Positions 20,494-30,544 of a DNA stretch of 64,000 bases are shown piece by piece. The notes beneath the pieces were generated by a model. It searched no databases, had not been told where the DNA came from, and saw only the letters and a program-made list of their open reading frames with translations. Origin of the DNA: Candidatus Omnitrophota bacterium (GTDB lineage Bacteria; Omnitrophota; Gorgyraeia; JAHJTE01); the NCBI GenBank assembly GCA_018830005.1, contig JAHJTE010000001.1:193332-257331 (forward strand), in the 5' to 3' direction. How positions within the stretch are numbered: position 1 is the first letter of the stretch; the number at the start of each line of letters is the position of its first letter. The position numbers were made by a program, and so were the translations under genes.

Positions 20494-21507
20494 ATGAATA
20501 TTTTGATAGGTGTAGGATTTTTTGTTGTCGTTTTAGCAATCGCTGTATTTTTAATGATAAAAAATACAAATACGATGAATACTCGCCTTGATTCAATAAT
20601 GAGCGGGGTGAATAAACAGTTGAATTCTTTGACATCACAGCTTAATGAACGTATTAAGGAAGTCAGTCATACAATTTCAGATACACATCGGACTGTGGGT
20701 GATCGGCTTGACAGTGCAACAGAGATTTTTGGTAATGTCAGGGAATCTTTAGGTAAACTGGAAGAGACGAATAAACAGATATATGAGATAGGTCGCGACA
20801 TAAGTAGTCTGGAGCATCTATTGCGCGCCCCTAAATTTAGAGGTGAATTGGGCGAGACCATGCTCGGGAATATCTTATCTCAGGTGTTGCCCAAAGAGCA
20901 TTATAAGCTCCAGCATACATTTGATTCAGGTGAGACCGTAGATGCTGCTATTTTTATTGGAGATAATATCCTAAGTATTGATGCAAAATTCCCATATGAG
21001 AATTTTAAGCGCATGCACAATGCTGAAAACGAAAATGAGAAGAAGCAATTTATGCGCTTCTTCATCAGAGATGTAAAGAACAGAATAACCGAGATATCTT
21101 CCAAGTATATACTCCCTGATGAGAAGACATTTGATTTTGGCCTGATGTATGTTCCTGCTGAGTCACTCTTTTCTGAGATTACACGCGATTCTACAATCAG
21201 CAATTTTGCTAAAGCAAAAAAAGTAATACCTGTCTCGCCGAATACCTTTTACGCATATCTGCAGGCAATATGTCATGGTCTAAAAGGACTAACCATCCAG
21301 CGCAATATCGTAAAGATTATGAGAGAATTAGGCAAGGTAACTGGCGAATTCTCTAAGTTTAAAGGAGAATTTTCTGTACTAGGCGGCCATATTCGCAATG
21401 CCAAACAGAAATTCGACGATGCCCAGTTACGCTTGGATAGATTCGGCGATAAATTAATTAGTACGCATAATATTAAGGCCATAAAAGATGAAGCAGACGG
21501 GGCCTAA
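20494..21507 (+). CDS. rmuC: DNA recombination protein RmuC
   Basis: RGELGE, IDAKFP, KYI, MYVPAES, VSPNT. Confidence 0.93.
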   Translation: MNILIGVGFFVVVLAIAVFLMIKNTNTMNTRLDSIMSGVNKQLNSLTSQLNERIKEVSHTISDTHRTVGDRLDSATEIFGNVRESLGKLEETNKQIYEIGRDISSLEHLLRAPKFRGELGETMLGNILSQVLPKEHYKLQHTFDSGETVDAAIFIGDNILSIDAKFPYENFKRMHNAENENEKKQFMRFFIRDVKNRITEISSKYILPDEKTFDFGLMYVPAESLFSEITRDSTISNFAKAKKVIPVSPNTFYAYLQAICHGLKGLTIQRNIVKIMRELGKVTGEFSKFKGEFSVLGGHIRNAKQKFDDAQLRLDRFGDKLISTHNIKAIKDEADGA

Positions 21508-22246
21508 TTTTTCCTCCAGAGATAAGATTTTAGAAGAAATAGATGGCGGATATCAATTTAGATGCTTTAAAGACAACGGCGTTATTGGTTTATTTACGGC
21601 CGAGAGAAAAGACTATAGATTCTCAAAGCAAGCTATCTTGAATCGCCAGAGCCTGCTTGAAAAATTAAATTTAGATTCTTCAAGAGTAGTCCATTTTGAG
21701 CAAGAGCATTCTTCTGATGTAGTTTGTGTTGATGATTTCAGGTTGAGGCAAACAAGCGGGCATAGACTAGTATGCGCTGATGGCCTGATCAGTAGTCTAA
21801 AGAATTTAGCTTTAGCTGTTTTTATCGCAGATTGTCTGGCAGTTTATTTTTTGGATCCTCGCAAGAGAGTAATAGGTTTAGCGCACGCAGGTTGGCGGGG
21901 AACCCTGCAGGAGATTTGCAAAAATCTGATTCAGCTTTTATCTGTTCGCTTCCAATCCGCCAGTAAGGATTTAATCGTTACCTTTAGTCCTGCAATTCGC
22001 AGTTGTTGTTATGAGGTAGGTCCTGAGGTAGCTAAATTCTTTAAAGATAGCGTCAGAGAGAAAAATGATAAATCGTTTTTGGACTTGGCGGCTGAAAATA
22101 AAAGGCAGATTATAGAGGCTGGGGTGCAACCAGAAAACATCATTGATTCTGAAATATGCACTTGCTGTAAAGGGAAAGAGTTTTTTTCTTATAGGAAGGA
22201 AGGTAAAAAAGCAGGGCGGATGATGGCCCTGATGCTACTAGTTTAA
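21488..22246 (+). CDS. pgeF: YfiH/PgeF family peptidoglycan editing factor / purine nucleoside phosphorylase
   Basis: QEHS, ADGL, ADC, AHAGWRG, CCYEVG, CTCC, FFSYR. Confidence 0.92.
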   Translation: MKQTGPNFSSRDKILEEIDGGYQFRCFKDNGVIGLFTAERKDYRFSKQAILNRQSLLEKLNLDSSRVVHFEQEHSSDVVCVDDFRLRQTSGHRLVCADGLISSLKNLALAVFIADCLAVYFLDPRKRVIGLAHAGWRGTLQEICKNLIQLLSVRFQSASKDLIVTFSPAIRSCCYEVGPEVAKFFKDSVREKNDKSFLDLAAENKRQIIEAGVQPENIIDSEICTCCKGKEFFSYRKEGKKAGRMMALMLLV

Positions 22247-22268
22247 GATGTAGATAAGAGGTGGATAA

Positions 22269-22742
22269 ATGTCTAAGGCATTGATAATTTATTATTCCCG
22301 TTCTGGTAATACGGCTAAGATGGCCCAAGAGATTGCAGCAGGAATAAAAGAAGAAGGGATTGAGGTAGATATAAAAAAGATTAACGAGGTAAAGCCAGAA
22401 ATGCTTTTTGATTATGATGCGATAATTATAGGTTCGCCGACTTACTATGGTTCTATGGCAGCACAGATAAAGAGCCTACTGGATGAAACTGTTAGATTTC
22501 ATGGCAAGCTCGATGCTAAGATAGGAGCAGCATTTTCCTCTGCAGCTAACATTGGTGGTGGCAACGAAACTACAATCCTGGATATATTACATGCCATGCT
22601 CATACACGGGATGATTATTCAAGGTGATCCTTCTGGTGATCACTATGGAACAGTTGCAATTAATAAGCCTGATAGCCGCAGTCAAAAGGGGTGTTTGCGT
22701 CAGGGAAAACGTATAGCAGGACTGATTAAACGTCTTAAATAG
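22269..22742 (+). CDS. Flavodoxin / WrbA-like NAD(P)H-dependent oxidoreductase
   Basis: YYSRSGNT, GSPTYYG, GAAFSS, GGGNET. Confidence 0.9.
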   Translation: MSKALIIYYSRSGNTAKMAQEIAAGIKEEGIEVDIKKINEVKPEMLFDYDAIIIGSPTYYGSMAAQIKSLLDETVRFHGKLDAKIGAAFSSAANIGGGNETTILDILHAMLIHGMIIQGDPSGDHYGTVAINKPDSRSQKGCLRQGKRIAGLIKRLK

Positions 22743-22768
22743 TGTTAGCTAAAATAAAGGATGAGACA

Positions 22769-23095
22769 ATGAGTAAATACAGCCTTATTTTCGTAACAGT
22801 GCCAGACAAAAGGCATGCTAAAAAGATAGCTCGCGCCCTGCTTAAGGAAAGACTTGCTGCCTGCGTAAACATTATAAACAGCTTGGAATCTTTCTTCTGG
22901 TGGCAGGGTAAGATTGATAGGGCTTCTGAATCACTTTTGATTATCAAAACTAAGAAACAATTATTTTCGAAGATCTCTAAACTGGTAACTAAGTTACACC
23001 CTTATGATACACCGGAAGTAATTTCTCTTTCTCTAGAGAAGATTATTCCACGTTACCGTCGGTGGCTAGATGCAAGTATCTCTAAATCCTCTTAG
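22769..23095 (+). CDS. cutA: Divalent cation tolerance protein CutA
   Basis: LAACVN, SFFWWQGKI, IIKT, HPYDTPEVI. Confidence 0.93.
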   Translation: MSKYSLIFVTVPDKRHAKKIARALLKERLAACVNIINSLESFFWWQGKIDRASESLLIIKTKKQLFSKISKLVTKLHPYDTPEVISLSLEKIIPRYRRWLDASISKSS

Positions 23096-23753
23096 TTTCA
23101 TAACCGTATTTTTTTATGGGGTGCTAGTAAGTTTTTCTCCCTGTATTTATCCTTTTATCCCTATTACCCTTTCCTATATCGGAGCAAAAGGCTCTTCTTC
23201 TAAGATAAGAGGTTTTTACCTTAGTCTGGTCTATGCGATTGGGTTGGCCTTTGCCTTTTCTGTTTTAGGCACTCTAGCAGCATTGAGCGGAAAGGTCTTT
23301 GGCACCTTTACTCAAAGTGCCTATTTTTATTTACTTATTGCTAATATCTATATATTATTAGGACTAAGCCTACTTGGAGTTATAAATTTTCCCTCTAAGA
23401 ATATTGCCTTCTTTGGCAATATGGCCAATAAACTATCTGCAGCCAGAGGTCTGATTGGGATATTTCTGTTAGGCCTACTTTCAGGTGTAGTTGTTAGTCC
23501 TTGTGCTGTAGCATTTCTGGGAGCGATTCTCGCGTCTATAGCAAAAGAAAGGAGTATTTTTTTAGGAATTAGTTTGCTTTCTTGTTTTGCCCTGGGCATG
23601 AGTTCTTTATTGATCCTTGCCGGCACCTTTGGTAGTATCCTGTATTCCTTACCTAAGTCCGGCCTCTGGAATGAAAGATTGAAAAAAGCAGGCGGTCTTA
23701 TATTAATAGTCGGGGGAGAATATTTTTTAATAACTGCCGGCTTCTTACTATGA
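23070..23753 (+). CDS. ccdA: Cytochrome c biogenesis / DsbD transmembrane protein
   Basis: SFSPCIYP and VSPC redox motifs in multi-TM protein. Confidence 0.88.
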   Translation: MQVSLNPLSFITVFFYGVLVSFSPCIYPFIPITLSYIGAKGSSSKIRGFYLSLVYAIGLAFAFSVLGTLAALSGKVFGTFTQSAYFYLLIANIYILLGLSLLGVINFPSKNIAFFGNMANKLSAARGLIGIFLLGLLSGVVVSPCAVAFLGAILASIAKERSIFLGISLLSCFALGMSSLLILAGTFGSILYSLPKSGLWNERLKKAGGLILIVGGEYFLITAGFLL

Positions 23754-24217
23754 AGGAGATAAATAAACCTATAATGAAAAAAGCCCAAATCTTATTTTTT
23801 GTTATTTTTTTCCTGTCTCTACCCTTAATTAAAATAGGTTATGCAGATACAGTTGCTGCACCTGATTTCACATTAGGAGATATGAATGGTCAAGATTTTA
23901 CTCTTTCTGATTTTAAAGGTAAACAGAAGGTGCTTCTTTTCTTCTGGGCAACATGGTGTTTTCATTGTCGCCAGGCCTTAAAAGAAATAAATCAGAAAAA
24001 ATCAGATTATAAGATAGTAACTATCAATATCGGCGAACCTAAAGACAGGGTTAAGGAATTTCTTGCGAAAAACAACTATGATGTTTACACATTGCTTGAT
24101 GAGAAGAATAAAGTGGCCTTTTCTTATTTTATCTTTGCAGTACCGACCTTTGTTTTAATTGATAAAGATCTTACAATCGAGTATATGGATCATGTCTTTC
24201 CACCCGATTTAGATTAG
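23750..24217 (+). CDS. TlpA/ResA-like thiol-disulfide oxidoreductase
   Basis: Signal/TM segment, APDFTL, FWATWCFHC, VPT. Confidence 0.92.
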   Translation: MKEINKPIMKKAQILFFVIFFLSLPLIKIGYADTVAAPDFTLGDMNGQDFTLSDFKGKQKVLLFFWATWCFHCRQALKEINQKKSDYKIVTINIGEPKDRVKEFLAKNNYDVYTLLDEKNKVAFSYFIFAVPTFVLIDKDLTIEYMDHVFPPDLD

Positions 24218-24244
24218 GGCTAGGTTCATAATTTATTAGCGCAA

Positions 24245-25297
24245 ATGAAAAAAGCCAAGTTAGATTTTTATCCTAAGTGTTCAGCTTCTGCTATTGGAAG
24301 TCTTCCCTTTATCAGCCCCCAAGAGGCAGTCGAGGCTGTGTTTGGCGCTGGTCTTGAGATTCCTTTTTGGCCTCAATTGCCAAAAAGAGACTTCCGAGAA
24401 GGTATGCTATTTCAATTTATCGAGAATTTAAGTTTTTTGAATATAAAAGATAAATCAATCGTACTTAGTGATGGTTATAACCGCAACCTGGAGCATGTTT
24501 TTGAAGCGATAATAAAGAAAGACTTAGATTTTTTTTCTATTAGTAATGAGTATGCAGCAGGCTTAGTTGAGTTTCTAGATTATCTAAAAAAGAAAAATCC
24601 GGATGTTGAATTTATCAAGGGTCAGATCACCGGTCCATTTACCCTTGCCTCGCAGATTAAGGCCCCAGATGGCAACAGCCTGCTTTTTGATGCACAACTC
24701 TTGGATGCCGTAGTTTCAGGGCTGGCAATGAAGGCAGCCTGGCAGATAAGGGAATTTAAGCGGCTGAAAAGACGTGGCATCATTTTTATTGATGAGCCCT
24801 ATCTTGCCTGTTTTGGTTCAGGTTTTACTCCTGTTAACCGCAAGGATGTGGTTGAAATTATAAACCGTCTTATCCAGACCATAGAAGAGCCAGAGTGTCT
24901 AATCGGCTTGCACTGTTGCTCTAATACAGACTGGTCACTTCTATTAGAGACAGATATTGATATTATAAGTTTTGATGCCTTTTCTTATTTTGAGCGCTTT
25001 AGTCTTTATCCTAGAGAGCTAAAAGACTTCTTAGGAAAGGGCGGCGCAATTGCCTGGGGTATTGTTCCGACATCGGAATTTAACTCTAATATTAGCAGCG
25101 AGGATCTAGTTGCTAAATTCGAAGAAGGCCTGACTAGTTTAGAAGCTAAGGGATTGGATAAGAAGGAGCTTATCAACAGCTCACTTATTACTCCCAGTTG
25201 CGGTATGGGTTCATTATCTGGCGGAGATTGCGAGTTAATATTGAAGCTACTTTGTCAAACCTCAAGGCGTCTGAAGGAGAGATTTTCTCTTTCTTAA
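24245..25297 (+). CDS. Cobalamin-independent methionine synthase-like (URO-D/CIMS fold) protein
   Basis: IGSLP, WPQLP, KGQITGP, FIDEP, LHCC, ITPSCG. Confidence 0.8.
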   Translation: MKKAKLDFYPKCSASAIGSLPFISPQEAVEAVFGAGLEIPFWPQLPKRDFREGMLFQFIENLSFLNIKDKSIVLSDGYNRNLEHVFEAIIKKDLDFFSISNEYAAGLVEFLDYLKKKNPDVEFIKGQITGPFTLASQIKAPDGNSLLFDAQLLDAVVSGLAMKAAWQIREFKRLKRRGIIFIDEPYLACFGSGFTPVNRKDVVEIINRLIQTIEEPECLIGLHCCSNTDWSLLLETDIDIISFDAFSYFERFSLYPRELKDFLGKGGAIAWGIVPTSEFNSNISSEDLVAKFEEGLTSLEAKGLDKKELINSSLITPSCGMGSLSGGDCELILKLLCQTSRRLKERFSLS

Positions 25298-25399
25298 TCA
25301 GCCTTGATGCCTTCCTATTCTGGACTAAATCGTTCTAAATTAATTAATGTTTACCTCTAAGTTGGTCGTCAAAATGGCAAAAAATAGCATAGAAAGTAA

Positions 25400-26407
25400 A
25401 TGAGAAGAGAAGAACAGCAGTTAAGGCAAGAGATCATCAAAATAGGCAAAAGGCTGTATGATTTGCGTCTGGTGGTAGCTAAGGGCGGTAACTTAAGCGC
25501 AAGCCTGGGTAGTGATTTAATTTTAATAACCGCAAGCGGCTGCTGTCTAGGCCAACTTAAAGAAAAGGATATTTTGAAGGTTAACCTTACTCAGGCTCGA
25601 AGTATCGAGGATAAGGCCTTGACTACAGAATTTTCTTTGCATAGTTTAATTTATAAAAATTTTAAATTTAAAACAGTAATCCATTGTCATCCACCTTTAA
25701 TTAATGCCTATTATTCAGTTAATGATAGCTTAGAGAATATAACCTTTGAGAGTAAATTGTTTTTAGGTAAAGTGCCTCAAGTCAAACAGGCTACGCCTAA
25801 TATAAGCCAGCCTCAAGATGTAATTGAGGTATTAAGGCTTAGCAATATCGTGGTTATTAAAAATCACGGAGTTGTTTGTATGCATGAGAGTTTTGATGAG
25901 GCATTTTATCTGATTGAAGAATTAGAAGAGGCTGTGAGAACAGCCGCAGTTGCTAGACTTTTTAAAAAAGAGAATTTGAATCTTCTCAACCAGCAGCTTA
26001 AACAGACATTATCACCCCCTAAGTCAAAATCTAGGTATGATATGTTTACTAGAGAGCACATAGAGGCAATCCTAGATCTAGTAAAGAATGACGAATTTAT
26101 CTTAAAGAAAGGTAAGGAGCTGGATTTGACCTTAGGGCTTGCTATGAAGGTTGAAGGAGAAGATGAAGTCTATAAATTTCATTTTGAACAGGGCAAGGTC
26201 AAGGGCCTAGAGTTTGATGATAATACACCTTTTGTAATCTCAGCACCACAAGAGGTCTGGAGATTGATATTTCAAGGCCAACTCGATCCCTTTGTTGCAA
26301 TTACGCAAGGCAAGATGAGGTTAAAGGGTGGCTTAGGCAGGCTTTCGCGCTGGTATGAACCTTTGAGTCGTCTGTTTGAATTATTTAAAGCGATAAGCCT
26401 TAAATAA
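25400..26407 (+). CDS. Class II aldolase/adducin domain fused to SCP2 sterol/lipid-binding domain
   Basis: GGNLS, ITASG, IHCHP, KNHG; C-terminal LDPFVAITQGKMRLKGG SCP2-like motif. Confidence 0.82.
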   Translation: MRREEQQLRQEIIKIGKRLYDLRLVVAKGGNLSASLGSDLILITASGCCLGQLKEKDILKVNLTQARSIEDKALTTEFSLHSLIYKNFKFKTVIHCHPPLINAYYSVNDSLENITFESKLFLGKVPQVKQATPNISQPQDVIEVLRLSNIVVIKNHGVVCMHESFDEAFYLIEELEEAVRTAAVARLFKKENLNLLNQQLKQTLSPPKSKSRYDMFTREHIEAILDLVKNDEFILKKGKELDLTLGLAMKVEGEDEVYKFHFEQGKVKGLEFDDNTPFVISAPQEVWRLIFQGQLDPFVAITQGKMRLKGGLGRLSRWYEPLSRLFELFKAISLK

Positions 26408-26418
26408 TAGTTTTTTTC

Positions 26419-26447
26419 TTGACAAAAGAGGCAGGCACCCCTATATT
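26419..26447 (+). promoter_or_regulatory. sigma70 promoter TTGACA-17-TATATT for por operon
   Basis: Near-consensus hexamers, 17-bp spacer, upstream of porC. Confidence 0.7.
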
Positions 26448-26508
26448 AATAACATTGTGCTAAGTTTAGTGCCCGTCTGATTTTTATCTTAACCCATAGA
26501 GAGATATA

Positions 26509-27054
26509 ATGAAAGAAATACGTATTCATGCCCGTGCCGGCCAAGGTGCAATAACTACTGCCACAATCCTAGGTCATGCCTATTTTGCTGAAGGCAAATT
26601 TCCCTATGCATTTCCTCATTTTGGTGCTGCAAGGATGGGGGCGCCGATGAATGCCTTTGTGCGCGTAGATGAAAAGAAGGTACGCTTGCGCTCTCAGGTT
26701 TATGAGCCAGACTTTTTAATTATTGCAGATGCTACTTTAATGCGCGGATTTAATTGTTTTACAGGATTTAAGCCCGGCGGTATAGCCGTCATTAATGAGC
26801 AAGAAAAATACGAGATTAAAGAGATAAAGGATGATCAGAAGGTCTTCTTTGTGCCGGCAAACAATATTGCCAGGGAGACTATAGGAAGGCCTATTGTCAA
26901 TACTACACTTTTAGGAGCCTTTGCTGCTGCCTCGGGTGAATTTAAATTAGAGTCTTTAATTGAAGCAATAAATAAACGTTTTAGCGACAAGTTAGCCGAA
27001 GTAAATATTGCTGCTGCCAAAAAAGGTTTTGAATACATAAAGAACAATTCCTGA
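26509..27054 (+). CDS. porC: Pyruvate:ferredoxin oxidoreductase gamma subunit
   Basis: EIRIHARAGQGA, FGAARMGAP, PIVNTTLLGA. Confidence 0.92.
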   Translation: MKEIRIHARAGQGAITTATILGHAYFAEGKFPYAFPHFGAARMGAPMNAFVRVDEKKVRLRSQVYEPDFLIIADATLMRGFNCFTGFKPGGIAVINEQEKYEIKEIKDDQKVFFVPANNIARETIGRPIVNTTLLGAFAAASGEFKLESLIEAINKRFSDKLAEVNIAAAKKGFEYIKNNS

Positions 27055-27086
27055 ATTGCAACTACTATTTTAGGTAAGGAGAATTG

Positions 27087-27350
27087 ATGTTTGGTCCAAG
27101 AGTAAGTAAAGCTGGCTCAGGCCTAAGGCATAAGACAGGTGCTTGGCGCACAGAAAAAAAACCGAAATTTCTCAAAAAAAATTGTATTGCCTGCAGGATG
27201 TGTGTGATGATTTGTCCTGAAGGCTGTATTACAGGTAAGGAAAAGAATACTTTTATTTGTGATTATAATTATTGCAAGGGTTGCGGAAACTGCGTAGCAA
27301 TCTGTCCTAAGAAAGACATTATTATGGTTAAGGAGGCGGAGAAACTCTGA
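27087..27350 (+). CDS. porD: Pyruvate:ferredoxin oxidoreductase delta subunit (2x4Fe-4S)
   Basis: KTGAWR, CIACRMCVMICP, YCKGCGNCVAICP. Confidence 0.93.
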   Translation: MFGPRVSKAGSGLRHKTGAWRTEKKPKFLKKNCIACRMCVMICPEGCITGKEKNTFICDYNYCKGCGNCVAICPKKDIIMVKEAEKL

Positions 27351-28531
27351 TGAGGCAGTTCCTGGAGGGTTCACAGGCAGTCGCTGAAAGCGTAAAATTG
27401 TGCAGACCAGGTGTTATATCTGCATATCCGATTACACCCCAGACACATATTGTCGAAGGCTTAGCGCAGATGGTTGCTGACGGAGATTTAAAAGCCCAAT
27501 TTATTAATGTCGAGAGCGAACATTCAGCGGCTAGTTTAGTTTTAGGTGCCAGCGCTACAGGTGCACGAGCCTTTACTGCGACTAGCTCTCAAGGTCTGCT
27601 TTTGATGGCTGAGGTATTGTTTAACATTGCTGGTATGCGTCTACCTTTAGTATTGACTTGTGCTAACCGTTCAGTGTCTGCGCCTATAAATATTTGGAAT
27701 GACCACCAGGATGCAGTAACTGTGCGTGACAGCGGTTGGATTCAGTTCTGGGCAGAGGATATACAGGATGTTATAGATCTACATATCCAGGCATACCGAT
27801 TGAGTGAGGATAGCCGCGTTTATTTGCCAGTTATGGTGAATATGGATGGTTACATTTTAACCCATGGCCTTGAGGTTGCAGATCTACCCAGCCAGAAAGA
27901 TGTGGATAAATTCCTGCCCGCTTATAATCCGTCCTATAAATTAGATGTAGAGAATCCTATGACCTTAGGATTTTTGGCTACTCCTGATTATTATATGGAG
28001 ACACGTTTTGCCATTGCTAAAACACTCTCAGATACCTTAGAGATAATCCCGGAAATTGCCAAAGGATTTAAGAAGGTATTTGGCAGAGAAAGCGGTGGAT
28101 TACTGCAGGCCTACAGATGTGAAGATGCTGAGGTAGTTCTTGTGGCCAAGGGTTCACTAATAGGCACGATTAAAGATACTGTTGATGATTTAAGAGCCGA
28201 AGGTAAAAAAGTAGGCGTCCTAAAACTGATTACCTACCGGCCTTTTCCAGCTAAGGCTATTTGTGATTGCCTGGCTAAAATTCCCAATATAGGCGTAGTT
28301 GAAAAATCTATTTCTCTGGGAGCAACCGGGCCATTGTATGCAGATATAACCTCAGTTCTTCCTAAAGAAACCAAACGCAATATTGGCGGTTTTGTTATTG
28401 GATTGGGTGGTAGAGATATTAAAAAGCGCGATATACGAGAGATTTTCGATAGATTAATCGAAAGTCCAAATCCCTGTCAGTTTATCGGCATAAAGGGAGA
28501 TTTACTAAAGGAAGATTCTAAGAATGAGTAA
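27350..28531 (+). CDS. porA: Pyruvate:ferredoxin oxidoreductase alpha subunit
   Basis: AYPITPQT, ESEHSA, TATSSQGL, GLGGRD. Confidence 0.95.
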   Translation: MRQFLEGSQAVAESVKLCRPGVISAYPITPQTHIVEGLAQMVADGDLKAQFINVESEHSAASLVLGASATGARAFTATSSQGLLLMAEVLFNIAGMRLPLVLTCANRSVSAPINIWNDHQDAVTVRDSGWIQFWAEDIQDVIDLHIQAYRLSEDSRVYLPVMVNMDGYILTHGLEVADLPSQKDVDKFLPAYNPSYKLDVENPMTLGFLATPDYYMETRFAIAKTLSDTLEIIPEIAKGFKKVFGRESGGLLQAYRCEDAEVVLVAKGSLIGTIKDTVDDLRAEGKKVGVLKLITYRPFPAKAICDCLAKIPNIGVVEKSISLGATGPLYADITSVLPKETKRNIGGFVIGLGGRDIKKRDIREIFDRLIESPNPCQFIGIKGDLLKEDSKNE

Positions 28532-29396
28532 AGCCTTATTTACTTCAGGACATTCTGCTTGTGCTGGATGCGGCCAGGCAATAGCAGCGCGTTTAGTTGT
28601 TGAGGCCACAGGTGAGAATACTATTATTGCTAATAATACAGGATGTCTGGAAGTATTCTCCACTGCTTATCCCCAGAGCTGCTGGAATGTTCCTTGGATA
28701 CATTCTCTATTCGAGAATGCTGCTGCAGTCTCCAGCGGCATTGAGGCAGCATTAATATATTTAGGCAAAAAAGAAGGCACGACTGTAATCAGCCAGGCCG
28801 GAGACGGAGGAACAGCAGATATCGGCCTGCAGGCACTTTCAGGTATGTGGGAGAGAGGCCATGATATCTTAAGTATCTGCTATGACAATGAGGCCTACAT
28901 GAACACCGGTATACAACGCAGTGGCCTGACACCATTTGATAGTAATACTACAACCAGCCCTCCAGGTAAAGAGTCCTTTGGCAATCCTAAACCAAAAAAG
29001 AACGTCTTAGAAATTGCTGTTGCTCATGGAATTCCTTATGTCGCTACTGCCTCTATAGGATACCCTGCAGATTTGACTCGTAAGATTAAGAAGGCAAAAA
29101 CTATAACTGGACCTAAATATATTCAGATTCATGTGCCTTGTCCTTTAGGTTGGCGTCATGAGCCAGGCGCGACATATGAAATCGCAAAACTTGCAGTTGA
29201 AACTGGCCTTTATCCTTTGGTTGAATTTGAGAATGGAAAATTGACTGGTAAAAAAAGGCTTACTGCCCCAAAGCCAGTAGAAGAATATATGAAGCTACAA
29301 GGCAGGTTTAAACATATATTAAAGTCTACTGATGAAACAGCCAAGGTTCAGGCAATTGCTAATGCCAATATCGAAAGATATCAATTAAAAGATTAG
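28524..29396 (+). CDS. porB: Pyruvate:ferredoxin oxidoreductase beta subunit
   Basis: GHSACAGCG, TGCLEV, GDGGTADIG...YDNEAYMNTG TPP motif, PCPLGW. Confidence 0.95.
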   Translation: MSKALFTSGHSACAGCGQAIAARLVVEATGENTIIANNTGCLEVFSTAYPQSCWNVPWIHSLFENAAAVSSGIEAALIYLGKKEGTTVISQAGDGGTADIGLQALSGMWERGHDILSICYDNEAYMNTGIQRSGLTPFDSNTTTSPPGKESFGNPKPKKNVLEIAVAHGIPYVATASIGYPADLTRKIKKAKTITGPKYIQIHVPCPLGWRHEPGATYEIAKLAVETGLYPLVEFENGKLTGKKRLTAPKPVEEYMKLQGRFKHILKSTDETAKVQAIANANIERYQLKD

Positions 29397-29437
29397 TCTC
29401 TTCCCGCCTATAAAACTTTTAACAAGGAGAACTTTTT

Positions 29438-30511
29438 ATGCAGGATTTAAGTTTTTTTAATATTGAAATTTCGCCCTGGATACTTGCTCCTGTTATCTAT
29501 TTTATCTGGGTCAGCTTGCTACTTATTCTTAAGAAGATAGCTTATGCTAGAATGCAGCAGTTAGCAGGCAGGACAGCTTCGGAGCTGGATGATGTATTTT
29601 TAAATGCACTCGATTTTCCGCTCCTGCTTTTGATATTTGTAAGTGGTGCAGTTATTGTGGAGAAGGTTGCGCCGCTTGCCTTAGAGCAAGAATTAACGCA
29701 AGGCTTTGTGATTGCATTTAAGGCCACAACCGTAGTTGCCATTGTCTTGTTTCTGGATAGACTTCTTAGAAATCTTATCCAGGCATATTCTTCAAAAATA
29801 AACATCTTGAAGACTTCCGGGGGTGTAGCCCAGACATTTGTCAGGATTATTGTTTTAGCGCTGGGCCTATTGATATTATTGGACAGCTTCGGTGTATCTA
29901 TTACGCCTGTATTAGCTTCTCTAGGCATAGGTTCTTTGGCAGTAGCCTTGGCCTTACAGCCTACTTTAGAAAACTTCTTTTCGGGAATTCAAATCGTTAT
30001 TGATAAATCTATTAAGGTAGGTCAGTTCATTAAACTTGACTCCGGAGAAGAAGGCTATGTGCAAAAAATCGGCTGGCGCTCTACTTGGGTGAGGATGCTT
30101 CCGAATAATATAGTGGTTATGCCGAATAAAACTCTAGTTAATTCCAAGATAGTTAATTATTATTACCCTGATCAGGAAATGGCTGTCCTAGTTCAAGTTG
30201 GCGTTCATTATGAATCAGATCTAAAGCACGTAGAAAAGGTAACGATGGAAGTTGGTGAGGAGATAATGAAGAAGGTCAAAGGCGGAGTGCCTGAGTTTAA
30301 ACCATTCATCAGATATCACACATTTAATGATTTTAGCATAGATTTTACGGTTATATTGCGCTGCAAAGAATTTGTAGATAATTATCTTATAAAGCATGAA
30401 TTCATAAAAAGGCTTCACGAACGCTACGCAAAAGAAGGTATAAATATACCTTATCCCATACGTGCAATCAATTACTCACAAGAGAAGGCACAGGGTCCTA
30501 TCAAGAAATAA
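29438..30511 (+). CDS. mscS: Small-conductance mechanosensitive channel
   Basis: LASLGIGSLAVALALQ, IGWRST, EGINIPYP. Confidence 0.92.
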   Translation: MQDLSFFNIEISPWILAPVIYFIWVSLLLILKKIAYARMQQLAGRTASELDDVFLNALDFPLLLLIFVSGAVIVEKVAPLALEQELTQGFVIAFKATTVVAIVLFLDRLLRNLIQAYSSKINILKTSGGVAQTFVRIIVLALGLLILLDSFGVSITPVLASLGIGSLAVALALQPTLENFFSGIQIVIDKSIKVGQFIKLDSGEEGYVQKIGWRSTWVRMLPNNIVVMPNKTLVNSKIVNYYYPDQEMAVLVQVGVHYESDLKHVEKVTMEVGEEIMKKVKGGVPEFKPFIRYHTFNDFSIDFTVILRCKEFVDNYLIKHEFIKRLHERYAKEGINIPYPIRAINYSQEKAQGPIKK

Positions 30512-30544
30512 TCACCTATATCCCTTAGAGCCAAGGTTATTGCC

